Source: Lama guanicoe | Lineage: Eukaryota | Reading direction: 5' to 3' | NCBI GenBank assembly: GCA_013239625.1 | Contig: MU053594.1 | Span: 2,670,127 to 2,734,126, forward strand | Length of the DNA: 64,000 nt | Shown: piece after piece, positions 38,270-51,750 of the stretch | Layout: every line of letters begins with the position of its first letter | How positions within the stretch are numbered: position 1 is the stretch's first letter | Notes under the pieces: model-generated | Database searches by the model: none | The model's input: the letters and a program-made list of their open reading frames with translations, nothing else | Told to the model about the DNA's origin: nothing | Translations under genes and position numbers: made by a program

Positions 38270-38760
38270 GGGACTCCATTGCTGTGTGCTTTGACCCCAA
38301 CACTGTGCTAGACTCTGAGAAAACAAAGAGGAATAAGATATGCCCCTTGCCCTCAAGAAGCTTCAGTGGAAAATATATAATCACAGACACGTGATTATAA
38401 TAGAGTGTCTTGTGTCCTGGGAGACAAATGCAGAGTATGCTCTGGAAGCCCCCGCAAAAGAGGATTTCAATCAGACCAGGGATAAGGGAAGACTTCCCAG
38501 AGAGGGTGACCCTCACACTGGATCTTACAGAAATAGTGGGAATTAGCAAGGGGCGAGGGGTGAGAGGAGCGGGAGGGGAGCATCCTGCCAAGCAGGGAAG
38601 TACCATGAACAGTGAAGCCTGAGAGATGAGAATTTCTTCATGGAACGATCCATGGGTAGGTGTGGTCGGAGCAGGCTGGCTTGTTGCAGAATGGCAGGAG
38701 ATGGTGACTAAGAGTTAAGGACCAAACTGTTTTGGAAGATACTGGGTTAAATAAAATTGG
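38270..38760 (-). mobile_element. L2 3' remnant
   Basis: ACACTGTGCTAGAC…AATAAGATATGCCCCTTGCCCTCAAGAAGCTT…AGGGAAGACTTCCCAGAGAGGGTGAC. Confidence 0.7.
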
Positions 38761-38766
38761 GCCAAC

Positions 38767-38797
<31 letters not shown>

Positions 38798-41700
38798 GAA
38801 AGTCTCCCAGAACGGTTATCATTTCCAGCATTTCTCACCCTCGTGGTATAAAAACCCTTTGTTTCAAGACATGCTTGTGGGGCATGGATTCTCCTGAACA
38901 CACTTGGGAAACATAGGGCTATTCATTCAGGTTCTGACCAAGGTTGATGTTTTCCAGACAACATAAGGATATTTTTTTCAAGGACTCCAGAGTGATGGGT
39001 AACCCTTATTTTGTCTATAGAGTTTCATGGCTAACTGTTGGATCATGCCATGTTAAAGTCAACTAGCCCTCCCAAGGCAATGTCTGGAAGCAGGACTCCA
39101 GGGGTTAGCATCTGGCATCATGTTAGCGCGAGGGTCTCTGCCTGGTCTACTGGGTGGGGTTAGTGCTCAGTCCCTCCTTTGTCCATCAACCCACCTTCCC
39201 AGATTTTTGCAAAATTGTATCTTGCCCTGTGAAGGAAAATGTTGAGGTGGATAATCTTTGCAGCAATTACTCAAAAAGAGAACAATGAAAAGTCAAAAAC
39301 TAATCAAATCTTGAAATATTAAACAGGGCTGAGGAATTTGCAAAGTTGTATTTTGTTTTCATAACAGGAGCAGGGCTGGTGATTTTTATTACATACATAT
39401 TTTAAAATGCTGGAGTGGGCAGAAAACACTCTGGAGTTGATTCAAGTCCTGAAAATAAGTGTCATAACAAATCATGAGCTCAGTCCTTCACTCCTCACCC
39501 CCTCTCCTCCTACACTGCCCCACCCCCACAGTCCTCATAAATTCTCCCAACCAAGAAAAATATGTCTTGTATGCCTTAGAGTAGAATTTACTGCTCGCTT
39601 CTCCAACAGTCCTTCCTCAGCTGTAGCTCACTGGATATTTACTGTGGCTTTTTCAAGGTCCGAGCTCTGAGTCCAGTCTCCAGGACCGCTGTGCCAACAA
39701 AAAGTGTGACACTCAGGCTCAGTCCTGTTCCACTGGGACCATCTTTGCCCACAGAGACTCCGGCTTTATACTGGAGGGTTTTCATCCTTTCAAACCAATG
39801 ATCAACACTGGTGGATTCTAGCTAAAGAAGAGGGAGTAGCTCCCTAGAATATAGAAAAAGACAGGATTTGCATTAAAAAAAATAGAGAGCACCTCCCACA
39901 TTTGGAAACACTCTCATAGCAGATTTAAAGGCTTGTTCGGTTAGAACTACCCAAGCATGGATGCCGACAAGATGGGAAAAGGCAGAGCCCCCCATACTGA
40001 AGTAGATCTGCCGGAGATTTCCTTAGCCTGACAGTTAAAATAACATCTGCCTTCTACTCCCGCCTAAATTTGGCACTTAGCTGATACGTCGCATACCTGA
40101 TCATCTTTGAAGCATTTGGTGTGTGAAAAAGTAATGAGCCACCAGGATGTGATCCTACAGTTCTGGTGTAGAAACCATTCTCAAGGTGGGGGCAGTGGAA
40201 GGGACCAGAGCCTCAGTCCTCTCTTTGATGCCTTCAGAGGAACCTCCACAATTTAATCCTCACCCTTTATGTCCTTTAGTTGGTAAAATGAAATACACAC
40301 TGTCTGAATCATCTTCAGGGCCACTAGACAGAACCAGGCGAGGTCGTTGTCTCCTTGGCTGAGTCTGAAAGCCTCAGGTTCTCCTTTCACGATTTCAGGA
40401 TCAGTTCCATGGCTGCGGCAGGAGACTAAGGACCTGTTCCTCCGAGCCTGTTCTTTTTATAGGCTGCAGCACATCTGCTCATTGTAAGTCCGCAGAAACC
40501 TAACACCTGAAATGTTGATGGAAACAGATCTGTTTTAGTTCATGTACTAAAAGAAAAATTAATGAGGCAAATATTGCTTCTATAGCCAACTTGGGATGGA
40601 GAAAAAGATGACCTCCATCTGTAACACTGTAATCATGAGACAAGAAATAAGACGAGAGGACAAAGACATCGCATTTTAAATGCCTTGCAGAGGAACATTG
40701 CAGCTCTATGCAGGAAGCAGCTCTTCTGAGGGCTGCGGAAAAGGATTCCAGAAATAAAGGCGACTGAATGAATGTGAGTGTAGGTGCTCGCCTGAGGTCC
40801 CACCCCTCTCCAGGGCCTGGCCCTAAGTCCTGGGTCAGTCAGAGGTGGCAAAAGGCACCAGGGAGAGGGCCAGGCCAGGAGACCCGCAGCAAAGTCATCA
40901 GGTTTGTCAGTTTCCGGCCAGCAGAGAGAGCAGTTGGGCTGACGTCCAGATAGGAGCTTGGTGGGATTCAAGATCTTCGTGCTGCCTGGGATGGCAGCGA
41001 TCCACAGCATGGGAGCCAGAGGGTTACACAGGAGTGCGAGCGCGTGGGGTTTCCTCACACCATGGTAACTTAGCCTTGGCCTCTGACATACGGACCAAGC
41101 CTGTGGATTTGTTCAGACCATGGGGGTCACAGCAGAAAAGGGAACACAGCGCAGGTCTCTGTGGATGAAACACTCGGGGGTCTGACTCCAGGTCAGAGGA
41201 GCAAGATGGGGCCACAACTGAGCATCCAGGACAGGACCTCCCTTCCTGCCTCCCTGAGCCCACTGCAGGGTGGGAGGGGCTCCCAGAGGATGACTGGAAC
41301 TGGGGGCAGATGGCAGGCGGGCAGCAGTGCTGGGCTGTGGATGTGAGCAGGGCTGGGAGGGCTGGGCTTGGGAGGTCCCATGGTGGCAGTGGGCCCCTGG
41401 GTGATGCCGAAGGGTGACGGTGGGGTGACGGAGACAAACGTAACAGGACTTAGTATTTTGCACAAGAGCACCATGGGTGGGAAGGGGGATCACTGGGTGG
41501 AGATGTCCTTCGTGGATTAACCACTTGTTGTGTTACGGGCACAGAAACCCAGACCACAGACTCACTGGTGTGTGCTCATCTGCCCTCCGCAGCAACACAC
41601 TAGGGGTCAGAAACACTCCCCCAACACTCCCAAACAACAGAGGGGGCTGTGGGGTCTTGCCTGAGGACTGAAACACTCCCTTTCCCAAGTCCCTCCCACC

Positions 41701-42077
41701 AGGCAAGCCAGAAGCTCTCCCCTCTCTCCCTGCAGCGAGGGAACATCTGCGCCCTGCAACAAAGACCAGAACTGAACCGATTAATTTACTAATCCTTTAA
41801 AATCGGCTCCAGCTCCCAGACTGAGAAGCCAAAAAATAACAAATTGCTTCTCCTTCTCTTTTAAATGGAAGCATGAAGAGAAAAAAAATGTGCCCTGAGC
41901 ATGCTAATATTGTTCATCTCACGGGGGTCCTTATCTTCTTGTATAAACTTCCTCAAAAACTTTGATGCCCTTTTGAATTCCACCTGCTATAAACCTACGG
42001 ATCACCTAACTGGCTGGCCATTCCTCTGAACACCCCTGGGGAGATGATCCAGGGTGGTTAAAAACCTTCCATGTAGT

Positions 42078-42219
42078 GGGGAAGTGTATAGCTCAGTGGT
42101 TAGAGTGCATGCTTAGCATGCATGAGGTCCTGGGTTCAATCCCAAGTATCTCCATTAAGATAACTAACTAAATAAATAAACCTAATTACCCACATCCCCA
42201 AGAAAAACAAAAACAAAAA
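42078..42219 (+). mobile_element. tRNA-derived camelid-type SINE (vic-1-like)
   Basis: GGGGAAGTGTATAGCTCAGTGGTTAGAGTGCATGCTTAGCATGCATGAGGTCCTGGGTTCAATCCC…AAACCTAATTACC + A-rich tail. Confidence 0.93.
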
Positions 42220-43049
42220 TCCTCCACAGGCCCAAGTCAAAGCCTGGATCTGGTTAAAGACTTGTCAAGGACACTGTGAGCCACCATGACATCTACATGC
42301 CAATGACAGTAGCACCAAGCTCTGTAGGACACACTGAGTTATTAGGCATTTTCTCTAAGAATAGGCTCACTAAGTAAGAAAGAATCAAATCTATAAAATG
42401 CAAAATAGTTCAATGCAGAATTGCTGTCACCCCTGGGAACTGGAGAGAGTGCAGCTCCAAAGACAATTTTATAGGGTCTCCCGGCATCGTGGCGCTTATT
42501 AAAATCATAGATCACGGAGCTGGAGGGAATTTCAGCCATACTTCCATTATTCCCTCTACCCCTGTGAAGTAAGATCGTCACTTTAATCTCTGTGTAAAAG
42601 ACACGATGGTAGGAGAAGAGATTGCACAGTCCACATGACACCACCATCCTGTGCTCTTCCTCACTCACCATTCCTACCCGCCAGCCCCCTGGTTTCCAAG
42701 TGAGTTTATTTGATGGTTTCTCTGTCCTCATTGAGGAATCCTGTGCTTTATCAAAACCCTCCATGAATCTGAAAAGTCTCATGAATTAAGTCTCACGTCT
42801 CTTTCTTCCCTTTTCCACCACCTCTCCCTCCTTCCGGAGGAGAAGCAGTTCTGTTCCCTGGCTGATTTCCCCAAGCCTCTCAGTCTGCTAGGCTGGCATC
42901 ACTCCCACAATGGGCTCCAAGTTAGCGGAGGTTGAAACCTGGCTTCATCTTCTACTCGTCATCCCACCTTGAGCAAATTCCTGATGATCCCTCATCCACC
43001 TCCAGTGTCTGGGAAGACAGTCTCACTCTCGTGATGGAGGGAGAGCTGT

Positions 43050-43265
43050 CCTGAGAATCACAAAGTCTGGGTTCTAGTCACAATTCTAGGTGAACTGGCT
43101 GCAGTTCTAGATCTCGAAATTCCTCTGACCTTCACCTTCCTCCCTTCTAAGTGGAAATAAACAATACCCATCTCACAGGATGGTTGGAAGGGTTAAAAAT
43201 AATGATGGAAATGACCTGCTTCTGTAAAGCACTGACACCATGCAAGGCATGAGCTTTGTTATTAT
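43050..43265 (+). mobile_element. MIR SINE remnant
   Basis: CTGGGTTCTAGTC…AATACCCATCTCACAGGATGGTTGGAAGGGTTAAA…GTAAAGCACT. Confidence 0.65.
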
Positions 43266-43739
43266 TCTGCCCTGTGGTTGAGGTTCCTGCTGGGGAGCCT
43301 GGGTAAATTGTCCCTGTCCTAGGCAATGTCCAGAGCGTGACTTCCTTCTCCGAGGACTGGTCTCCTTTACAGAGTGGGCCTGGGAAAAATATTTCTCTTG
43401 CATGATCTTTCCCTCCTGGTCAAAAGTTATTGGAAAGGCACAATCACCTGACCTACACAGGGAAATCAGGTTATCTCTCCAGGGAATTTAGAGTTAGGAT
43501 TCCGAGATCCTAGTTAATTTCTGGCTCTCTCTTGAACTGAGGACAGATAAATTTGAAAAATAAGGCGCAATTATACTTGATCTATACACAAAGAAGCAGA
43601 AAGAGAGAGAAGTATGAAGCATCCGTGGGCATTCACCTCCTTCCCCGCCTAGTGGGCTGTAGAACCGTGAACCAGTAGAACCAGTGGGTCCTGCATGTGC
43701 CGGGTCGGGTCAGATGTGAGTGTGGAACCCCTAATATCC

Positions 43740-44010
43740 CGCCATGCCTGACACTCACGGCTGGGCCTTGGCCTTCTCCTGATGAATGTAAATCATTTCA
43801 CAGAATATCAGCACCTGTGACCAGGAGGGATCCAGACAAAACAAGACCACTCCCTAACCATGTCTGAACACAGACAAAACATAAACAATGTCCAGCTACA
43901 AAAATGACCAAACGCCCCCTATACCCGCATCCTGGTCAACATGGGTGACTGCCATTTCTTTACCAATCGTCGGCTTAGCCAATGTCTAACCTTCCTGTCC
44001 TTCTAGAGAA
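43740..44010 (+). mobile_element. Ancient eutherian ERV LTR fragment (MER-class; subfamily not assigned)
   Basis: TGTAAATCATTTCACAGAATATCA…AGACAAAACAAGACCACTCC…ATGTCTGAACACAGACAAAACAT…AAAAATGACCAAAC…TTCTTTACCAAT recalled as LTR-type sequence. Confidence 0.6.
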
Positions 44011-44216
44011 GCCAACCCCATGTATTTCAAGCAGCCCTTTAAAATAGTGACAAGTTCTCCCAAGAGAGGACTCTGGGAGATTTCTAGAATGTCACTGCAA
44101 AGGATCGGTGATGCACAGAGGGAGCCACTTCTTGACTCTCTACTCTCTACTCTCCTGTCCTTCTCTTTCTCCATCATAGTCTCATAGCTTAATTGCCTCT
44201 AATAAAAATCCATTCA

Positions 44217-44365
44217 GGTGGGAGGGTGTAGCTCAGTGGTAGAATGTGTGCCTAGCATGCACAAGGTCCTGAGTTCAATCCCCAGTACCTCCATTAAAAA
44301 GAAATAAATAAACCTAATTACTTTGCCCCAAAACCACAAAAAACAAAACAACACAAACAACAAAA
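44217..44365 (+). mobile_element. tRNA-derived camelid-type SINE (vic-1-like)
   Basis: GGGAGGGTGTAGCTCAGTGGTAGAATGTGTGCCTAGCATGCACAAGGTCCTGAGTTCAATCCCCAGTACC…AAACCTAATTAC + (AAAC)n tail. Confidence 0.93.
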
Positions 44366-45009
44366 GTCAGTTCATACAATGGGGGTCCTCATGCCCTGTT
44401 TCTCATCACAGGAGATCAGGGTATCACTTCACATATTTACAAACCCAGCTACCAGGAAAAGAGGAAGATTCTATTCACTGTTACAATATATTTCCTTCTG
44501 TATCTTGATGAAAAAAATATTTGTGTAATAAAAATCAATATTAAGCTCTTTTTCTGTGTCTCTAAACTCCAATACCTCCCTTGGCAAAAGGAAGAAAAAC
44601 CAATATTAAAGCAAATGGAAAAGCCAATGGTTGATGTCACTGACTTTTTCAAATTCAGAATTGTCCAGATTCAGAAACCCCTTAATGGAAATCTGTCTTC
44701 TGCCAAGTTGGCATTCTTCGAGTTTGATGATGACAAATGTTTTCTATTTCAGATGAAAGCAAAGCTTCTCTGATCCCTGGAGCACAGCAGTGGAGCCCTC
44801 ATTTTCAGATTATGGGACATTGATACCTTTCCTGAAAAAAAGTTCAAAAAGATTACAATTTAAGAAGCAAAAGTTGTTCCTGCTGGATCTTCCTTCTCTG
44901 CTGGATTCCTAGGGATGGCACTTCCAAACCAAAAGCCACATTTCTTTATGTTTTACTATCGGGGCTTTTGAGTAAAGTTCCATTGCTTAAAAGTGCTTTC
45001 TTGTCCATT

Positions 45010-45250
45010 GCAATGAGCATACCTAGCCCCTGGATCTTGGATTTTAAATATCATTTTCCACTAAAAGGAATCAGAGCTCATTTTAAAAAAAAAAAAAAGA
45101 CTCATTCAAGGGCTGGGGAAGTGAAAGCACGAGGTGACATGGGAATCTGTGAAATCTTGCACCGGAGAGCAAGGGAGTGCTCAAAGAGCCATGGGTTCAT
45201 GACAGAAAAATATAGAAACCAGCCTGAAAAGGCGCATATTGGCCAAATTG
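45010..45250 (+). mobile_element. L1MC-type 3' region fragment
   Basis: AATGAGCATACCTAGCCCC…ATCATTTTCCACTAAAAGGAATCAGAGCTC…GCAAGGGAGTGCTCAAAGA…GGCCAAAT. Confidence 0.7.
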
Positions 45251-45254
45251 AATC

Positions 45255-45648
45255 AGTTATACATACACATAAATACATTTTTTCAGATTCTTGTCTATTA
45301 TGTCTCATTACAAGAAACTGAATATAGCTCCCTGTGCTATACAGTAGGACCCTGCCATTTATTTTATATACAGTGGTCAGTAGCTGCAAATCTTGCACTC
45401 TCAAACTATCCCTTCCCACCCCCTCTTTCCCCTCTGGTAATCATAAGTTTGTTTTCTACATCTGTAAGTCTGTTTCTGTTTTGTAAATAAATTCATGTCA
45501 CTTTTAGATTCCACACATAAGTGATAGAATATGGAATTTTTCTTCCTCTTTCTGGCTTACTTCACTTAGTATGACAATCTCCAGGCCCACCCATGTTGCT
45601 GCAAATGGCATTATTTTATTCTTTGTTATGGCTAAGTAGTATTCCAAT
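45255..45648 (-). mobile_element. L1 3' UTR fragment
   Basis: TACAAGAAACTGAATATAGCTCCCTGTGCTATACAGTAGGACC…TAGATTCCACAC…GCTGCAAATGGCATTATTTTATTC. Confidence 0.9.
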
Positions 45649-48114
45649 CACTTATTTATGCAATCACAGCAGAAGTGTTTTAAACAGTGAGAGTCACTGT
45701 CGCGCAATAGGACTTGAGGCATACTTACCAGATGACTGCATAAGAGCAGCTCTATTTGGATGCAGGAGGGGCTCCTGTATTTTCAGGGAGCCCTAGAGTG
45801 AAAGGTTTGGTTGATCTCTTCTGGACCTCAATGTTCTCACCTTGTGGTTCTAGAACAGCTCAGTTCTAGACACACTTGTGTGTGTGTGTATTTTATGTGA
45901 AATGAGAATTAGAAAGCTCTCTCCCTCTGTGACAAAAAAATTAAGAGGGCTTCAAAGCCTGGTCACTTGAGCCTCAAAGTGTTAAGAATTTAGTATGATA
46001 GCTTCTTCTGTCCACACACATCTCTTTTTCTCTGTGTGCCCAACGTCTCCAGAATAACCAGACAGGGACGCATTTCCAGGCAGCCACCTGGAACCGCCAC
46101 TCACTCGCCTCTGACCCTTGGGGTTGTCAGAGTCAGACTGGGCATGACTGACTCCTTTCCTGGTGACTCCTCTCTCCAGGACCCTGTTATTGCCCCAAAA
46201 GTTAGCTTCCGGGAAAATCCACCCACGCAAGTGTGTGATTTTCCAGGCCGTCTGCCTCTGAACCCCAGCTGCAGATACACTTGAGGTTTTTATTTTCATT
46301 TCTCCCCCAAAGGACTCTGTTTCTCATATGTATTAGTACACACACTAGGAGTGGGGAAAGGACATCCTCCTCACGTATCATGTGTTTGTTGTGTGTGTGT
46401 GTACATATAGGTATGTATTACACATACGCACAGACCTTTCCATGTGCACACATGTATGTCATTCCAGGCATGTGGAATGATATGGTTAGCTCTCCTGCCA
46501 ACCTATGAAGACTTCTAGCTCTCCACGGAGACTGCACAGCTCTGCTTTAGAGGTTCCCTCGAAGCATAGTTACATTTTATCATAACTCAAAATTTCAGTG
46601 CAGTTTATCTGTCCTTGTGTTCGTCTTCCTCTCTAGCCTGAGAGCTCCCCTGGCCAAGCAGCCTCATGGCATCTTGCTGGTTGTGTTCCCAGTGCTTGGT
46701 ACATAGTAGGGCCACAGAACTGCTGTGGGCACTAATAGAAGACTCAGTGTGAGTCAGTAACTGTATTGTTAAGGACGGCTCAACCCAGCAGGGCATGTGG
46801 TGTGGCAAAGGGCGCTTACGTATTCCTACCTCCTACCTGGACAAGCCCAGCCTGCATCAGGCCTTCTGGACGTCTTCCTATTCTTTTTAGCGTGTAAATT
46901 CTTGAAACGGAAAAAAAAAAAAAGCCTCACCTGTACTACACAGAGACCAGTGGTGCTAAGAACTTCTTAATTGTTTAATGTGAACCAGCAATTTTATTCA
47001 TGGCCTAATTTTCTAAAAATTGCTTCCCTTTATTATCCTTCAAGTGTACGTGTGTGTATCTTTTTAGACACTCATTCTAGTTTGTAAGCTCTTCAGGTGT
47101 CAATCTTTATACTACATAAATTTAAATTTATGTAACTCCAACCTATGGCCATATTTAATCAACACAAAATTGTAAGTGCTTGTAGCTGTCAGCTTAGAAA
47201 ACTGCTGAGGGAACAGCCGTGAGCTAATGACTGACCACCTGAGATTGTCTATGGCTGGTTCTCCAAACACCCTGCATTGAAGTCATTCGGTGGGGTTGGT
47301 CTTTGGAGTAGCACAAGAGCTCAGTGCTTGGTTTGAACACTGGTTTGTCTGATGTCTTTCAATTTTGGCAACATGCACGTGGATTTCTGTTACAGGTGCA
47401 GCCCTCTCCCCTCCCCCATCCCTCTGTCACCTTCCCCTGGGATCTTTCTCTCTGGCTGGGATGGCTCTGTGGTGTCTTGTGGGCTTCTCTCTGTACCTCA
47501 CTCCATGGCCCCAGGAGGAGGGCGGGGCAGCTTCAACCTTAGAGAAGATGGGGATGAAAGGAAGCTGATTCCTAAATCATAGTGGAGGAGCAGCGAGGGC
47601 CAAGGGGAGGAGACACCAAGGGAACTGACCCTGTCTTGTGCTTATCACCTGCCAGGTATGATGTGAGACATTACAGACATTATTCCATTGAATCCCCTGA
47701 ATAACCTTATTGTCTTTAGTTTGCAGAAGAGCAAATGACATTTCAGATCCAACTGGGATGTGGCAGAACCCATGCCAGCCATCTCTGATTCCATGTCCAC
47801 ACTCTTCCCATGACACCAGGCTGGGAGCCCTGATACTTCTGGCGGCCCCATTCCCACCAGGGCTGCAGCCTCAAAAAGGTTCACTCAACGGAACATTTTG
47901 CTGTTTTTACTCTTTCAAGAATTTCATTTATTGAAAACAGAAAATCACTCATCTTCACATAACATTTCTGTGTTAATAAACCACACAATTTATATCTCTT
48001 TCTACGCTGGAGGACAGTGGGCTATGACATCCGCTGGTGAGATAGCTATGCCAGGGCCCTTTTAGCGTAAATTTGGTGGGGAAGACTACTTTCCCTTGCT
48101 GCCACTCCTGGCCA

Positions 48115-48560
48115 CGGTCTCAGTTAGGAATCACTTGTTTGCAAGTTAAAAAAAAAAAATCGCCGTCACTCAAGTTGGCTCAGACAGAGGAACTTATTAG
48201 AAGAAGGCAGAGGTGTCTTAATATAATCCAAGGTCAGAAAGTCCAATCAGTTCTCGTAAGGGAGGGAAACCAGGAACAGAAGAGCCAGGGGGAAGGGAAA
48301 GGACTTTCTCTCCCTCTCTCTCTCCCCCTCACTTTGTTAACACATCTGCTACATCTTTGCCCCCTCCATGCACTTGACTCTCTCTGCTTTGGCAAGCACT
48401 TGGCTCATACACGACCCCCCACCTCAGCTGTACAACATTTCTCAGTTTAAGCACCTCATGGGATCTCTAGGTTCCAGTTCTAAACTCTAAGAGAACAGAA
48501 TCTGATTGGCCTGATGTGCATCACATGTTCACTACAATTCAATCCGTGATGACCACTGAG
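48115..48560 (-). mobile_element. Old MaLR (MLT1-type) LTR remnant
   Basis: CTCAGTTAGGA…GTTTGCAAGT…ACTCAAGTTGGCT…AGAATCTGATTGGCC. Confidence 0.5.
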
Positions 48561-49959
48561 GCAGGTGACCTGCCTCACTGACCTCACTTTCTGAGAAAGA
48601 GGTGTGGACAGGTTCTGAACAGGGTGTGGGAACAGGGAAGGCGTCAGTGAAAGAGGCAGGGGTTGGGTCTCTGGTATAGCATGAAATACAGCAAGATCTA
48701 CAGGTCTCAGCCTCAGTGGTAACTGAAGAGCTCAGAAACCACAGGGGACTGAGAAGAGGACTAACTGTGCCTGTAGTTGGTTAGCACAGTAAGACCCTCC
48801 ACCCAACCTCCACAACATCTAAAATGGTGTCATATGTGGAAGAGGTACCTATTAAATCTTTATTGAATAGGATTAACTCAATACTCAGCAATTCCTCCAA
48901 CATGACCTGTACATCGTCGTCAAAAATGTTCATTCTCTCTAAGACTTGCCTTGGCTTGTAAATGCAGCAATCTCCAGCGATTTTATTCTTCTAATACAAT
49001 GGCACATTATTTTCTAGTTATTTCAAGGTAATTTATATTTTGGTTCATAATTTGAGAGGAAATAAAATTGAATTTTTTTAATATTGTGAGCTGATAACTT
49101 AGTGAACTCCAGACTGCCGTATGTCTTTGAAATTAATTTGGGGCACCCCAGCTGATCTTGGCAGGCACAGTCCAGCAAGTCTGGAGCTTGAAAAACCAGA
49201 GCAGTGATTAACCCTGTCAGAGATGAAATGGCTGGTGTCAGGCTGTGTCCCAATTACACCCGTGCTTGACCTGAGAGTCTCCTTCCAAATGCACTTCATT
49301 ACTGGGAAGCCATCATCCAAGGAGGCATATACTTAAACATTTAATAAATCTGTGATCAGAATCCAGGAGCATAATTAAACCTTTGATGACAGTGACAGAG
49401 AATGGGGGCAGAACCGAGGTAGGACACAGAGAACAAAGGCAAGAGCCGGGCGGGGAGGATGTTTGTGTCTAAGTCTGTGGTCAGGAATTCGGAGCCTCTC
49501 CCTTGTCCTTCGGACCATGATTTCACTTGGATCTGGTGACAGCAAATTTATAAGGAACTAAAGACCAATCTCCGTGGCCATTTAAAAAGCTTCCAAGGAG
49601 CTAGACCCTTTCAATATGCTGGCAATTGACATTGCCTTCGAACTCACCCAAGAATAATTTGTTTCAGTGCAAGATAGACCTGATAAACAAGACACCATAC
49701 CTCTAATAATTACTAGAGGAGAAAAGACTTGGGAGACAGGGAATGGGATAATGTGCACCACTGAGGGTGACTCGCAGGATGGCACAGGGAGGGGCAGCAA
49801 GATATGATGAGAAAACATGGAACGGGGGGCAAGAGACTTGTTTCTGATTCTGTCTCGGCCTCTAAAATCTCCAGGTGACTTTGAACATCTCTTTCATCTC
49901 TTAAAATTCTCAGGTTCCTCACCTTAAAAATCACAGGAATGGCTTTTGTTTCTCGAGCT

Positions 49960-50082
49960 ACAATGTGAAAAAGGGAATCTTGTTAAAATGCAGATTCCAA
50001 TTTGGTTGATTTGGAGTAAGAGCAGAGATGTTGCGTCTCACAGGTGCCTGAGTGAGCCACAGACCATACTTTGAGAAGCAAG
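49960..50082. mobile_element. MER5-like hAT DNA transposon remnant
   Basis: CTTGTTAAAATGCAGATTC…GACCATACTTTGAGAAGCA. Confidence 0.65.
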
Positions 50083-50439
50083 GAATTAGATGATCTCCAG
50101 ATTCCCTTCCAGCTCTAAAATTCAGAATCTCCACTTTCTCACGTAAAATTCTCAGAGTCCTCCCCACCCACCACCCCTCTGGCCTAGGCTGGCCTCTGTT
50201 TTCTGAGACTCAGTCGGCCTTCCTTCCCTGTCTAACGGTGCCCTAGTTCCTGCCATCACTTGGGAGTCTCTTCCTCAATCAAATGAAGGAGGATGGAAAT
50301 TGAACAGCCTGTCCTTCGCCATCTCCTAGGTTTAGAGGCGAACACATAAGCCCTTCTCCCTTTGAGTTTACTGCTCATCACTTGGAAAACAATAAGGGGA
50401 GGTTACAAAAGCTTCAGCAAACTTGTTACTATTCTAGAC

Positions 50440-51750
50440 ATTTCCTCCCAGTGCTTCTTCATAGAGACACATGTATTATCAAAATGAGAATTACGGTGAA
50501 TATATAGGTTTGTGCTCACTACAAAAGTGTATTTCTCATTGAATAAAAAAATTCTTTGAAACTGTGATTTAAATGACTTCATAATACTCCACTGTAAGAA
50601 TGTCCATGATTTTTTCCATTATTTATATAGCAATTGCTGGACGTTTAAGTTGTCACAGGTGTAAATAATCCTTATGGTTTTGATGGCTACCATTTGTGAA
50701 GCACTTTCTATATGCCAGACACTTGCTAAATGCTTTACATACATCGTCTCATTTAATCCTCACAATCACCTTTCAAGCTGAATAGTACATGATTTCCATT
50801 CTATTGAGAAGGACACTGAGACAGGAAAGTCCAACGACCCATTCAGGCTCACATGGCTGGTCAGCGGTAGAGGCGGGGCCACATCTGGGTTTGTCTGGCC
50901 CCAAAGCCAAGCTCACAACCACTGCATGAAAACGCCTCCTTGTATGTAAATCCCTAGGTGTCTTTCTGATTGTTTCATTGGGATAATTTTTTGTGTGTGT
51001 GTATAAAAATTTTTATTTCATGATAAAAGTCATATAGGTTATTGAGACAATTCAGTCAATACATGAAAGTTAAAAAAATCTATAATCTCTTTTCCCACCC
51101 TCCTATGATTTCTTGAGGTGTATTTCCTTTCTGTGTGTTTTCTTTGTGAAAATAGAAAGGCAGAAATCTTGCATTTTTCACCATTATATATCTCCAGTGC
51201 CTAAATGCAGAGCCACTTGTTTTTCCTTAATAAATCTCAAGCAACTTTCCAGGGGAAAACATATAGATGTAATTATTTTTAAAATAGTCATATCAGTTCC
51301 ATAATATGTATATACCATAATCTGTAAGTCATTCCCCATAAATGAACATGCATGATTATAGACTGGGGGAGTTCCTGTTGACACTGGGCCCGCCCACAAA
51401 CCACCAGGAAGTCAAAGTGGCCGCATTCCCACATGTGTACCACCTGATCAGACTTTCACATTTTTACCAACCTGGTGGGTAAAAAACCTCTTGATGTTTT
51501 GATTTTCATTTTCTTCATTACTCATGAGGTTGAATGCCTTTTTAAATTCCTTCCTTTTTTTTTTTCCTGTAAACTGCAGGAAACTTGCTGTAAGTAAAAT
51601 TGCTGGATTAAAGGATGCACACATTTTAAAGGTGCATGACACTTAGCCAAATTGCCTTCCCTAAGTGAGTGATGGAACAACTTACCCTCCCACAGGCAGC
51701 ACATGAAGCCTCCTGTTTCACCAAACTGAGTACTGTGATTCTAAAAAGAA
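50440..51750 (-). mobile_element. Fragmented ancient L1ME (antisense), interrupted by a MIR at ~50680-50930
   Basis: TGCTGGACGTTTAAGTTG…; AAAATTGCTGGATTAAAGGATGCACACATTTTAAA…GCCAAATTGCCTTCC…TTACCCTCCCAC; MIR: TGCCAGACACTTGCTAAATGCTTTACATAC…ATTTAATCCTCACAA. Confidence 0.6.

Noticed and set aside
40633..41671. Dense ORF cluster / possible CpG island
   Set aside because: GC-rich but CpG-poor; ORFs in all frames reflect stop-codon scarcity.
42078..42150. tRNA-like sequence (also at 26266, 30308 and 44217)
   Set aside because: These are SINE heads with SINE body, A-rich tails and TSD-like flanks, not tRNA genes.
42342..42782. 146-aa minus-strand ORF
   Set aside because: No recognisable protein family and no supporting signals.
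26474..43596. 17-bp exact match ATCTATACACAAAGAAG at ~26474 and ~43580
   Set aside because: Short and A-rich with no flanking similarity; plausible by chance in 64 kb.
26266..44365. All four young SINEs on the + strand
   Set aside because: With four elements, a shared orientation has probability 1/8 by chance.
44725..44775. C/D-box snoRNA-like ATGATGA…CTGA (similar at ~49803-49846)
   Set aside because: The boxes are only ~40-45 nt apart and lack a convincing terminal stem.
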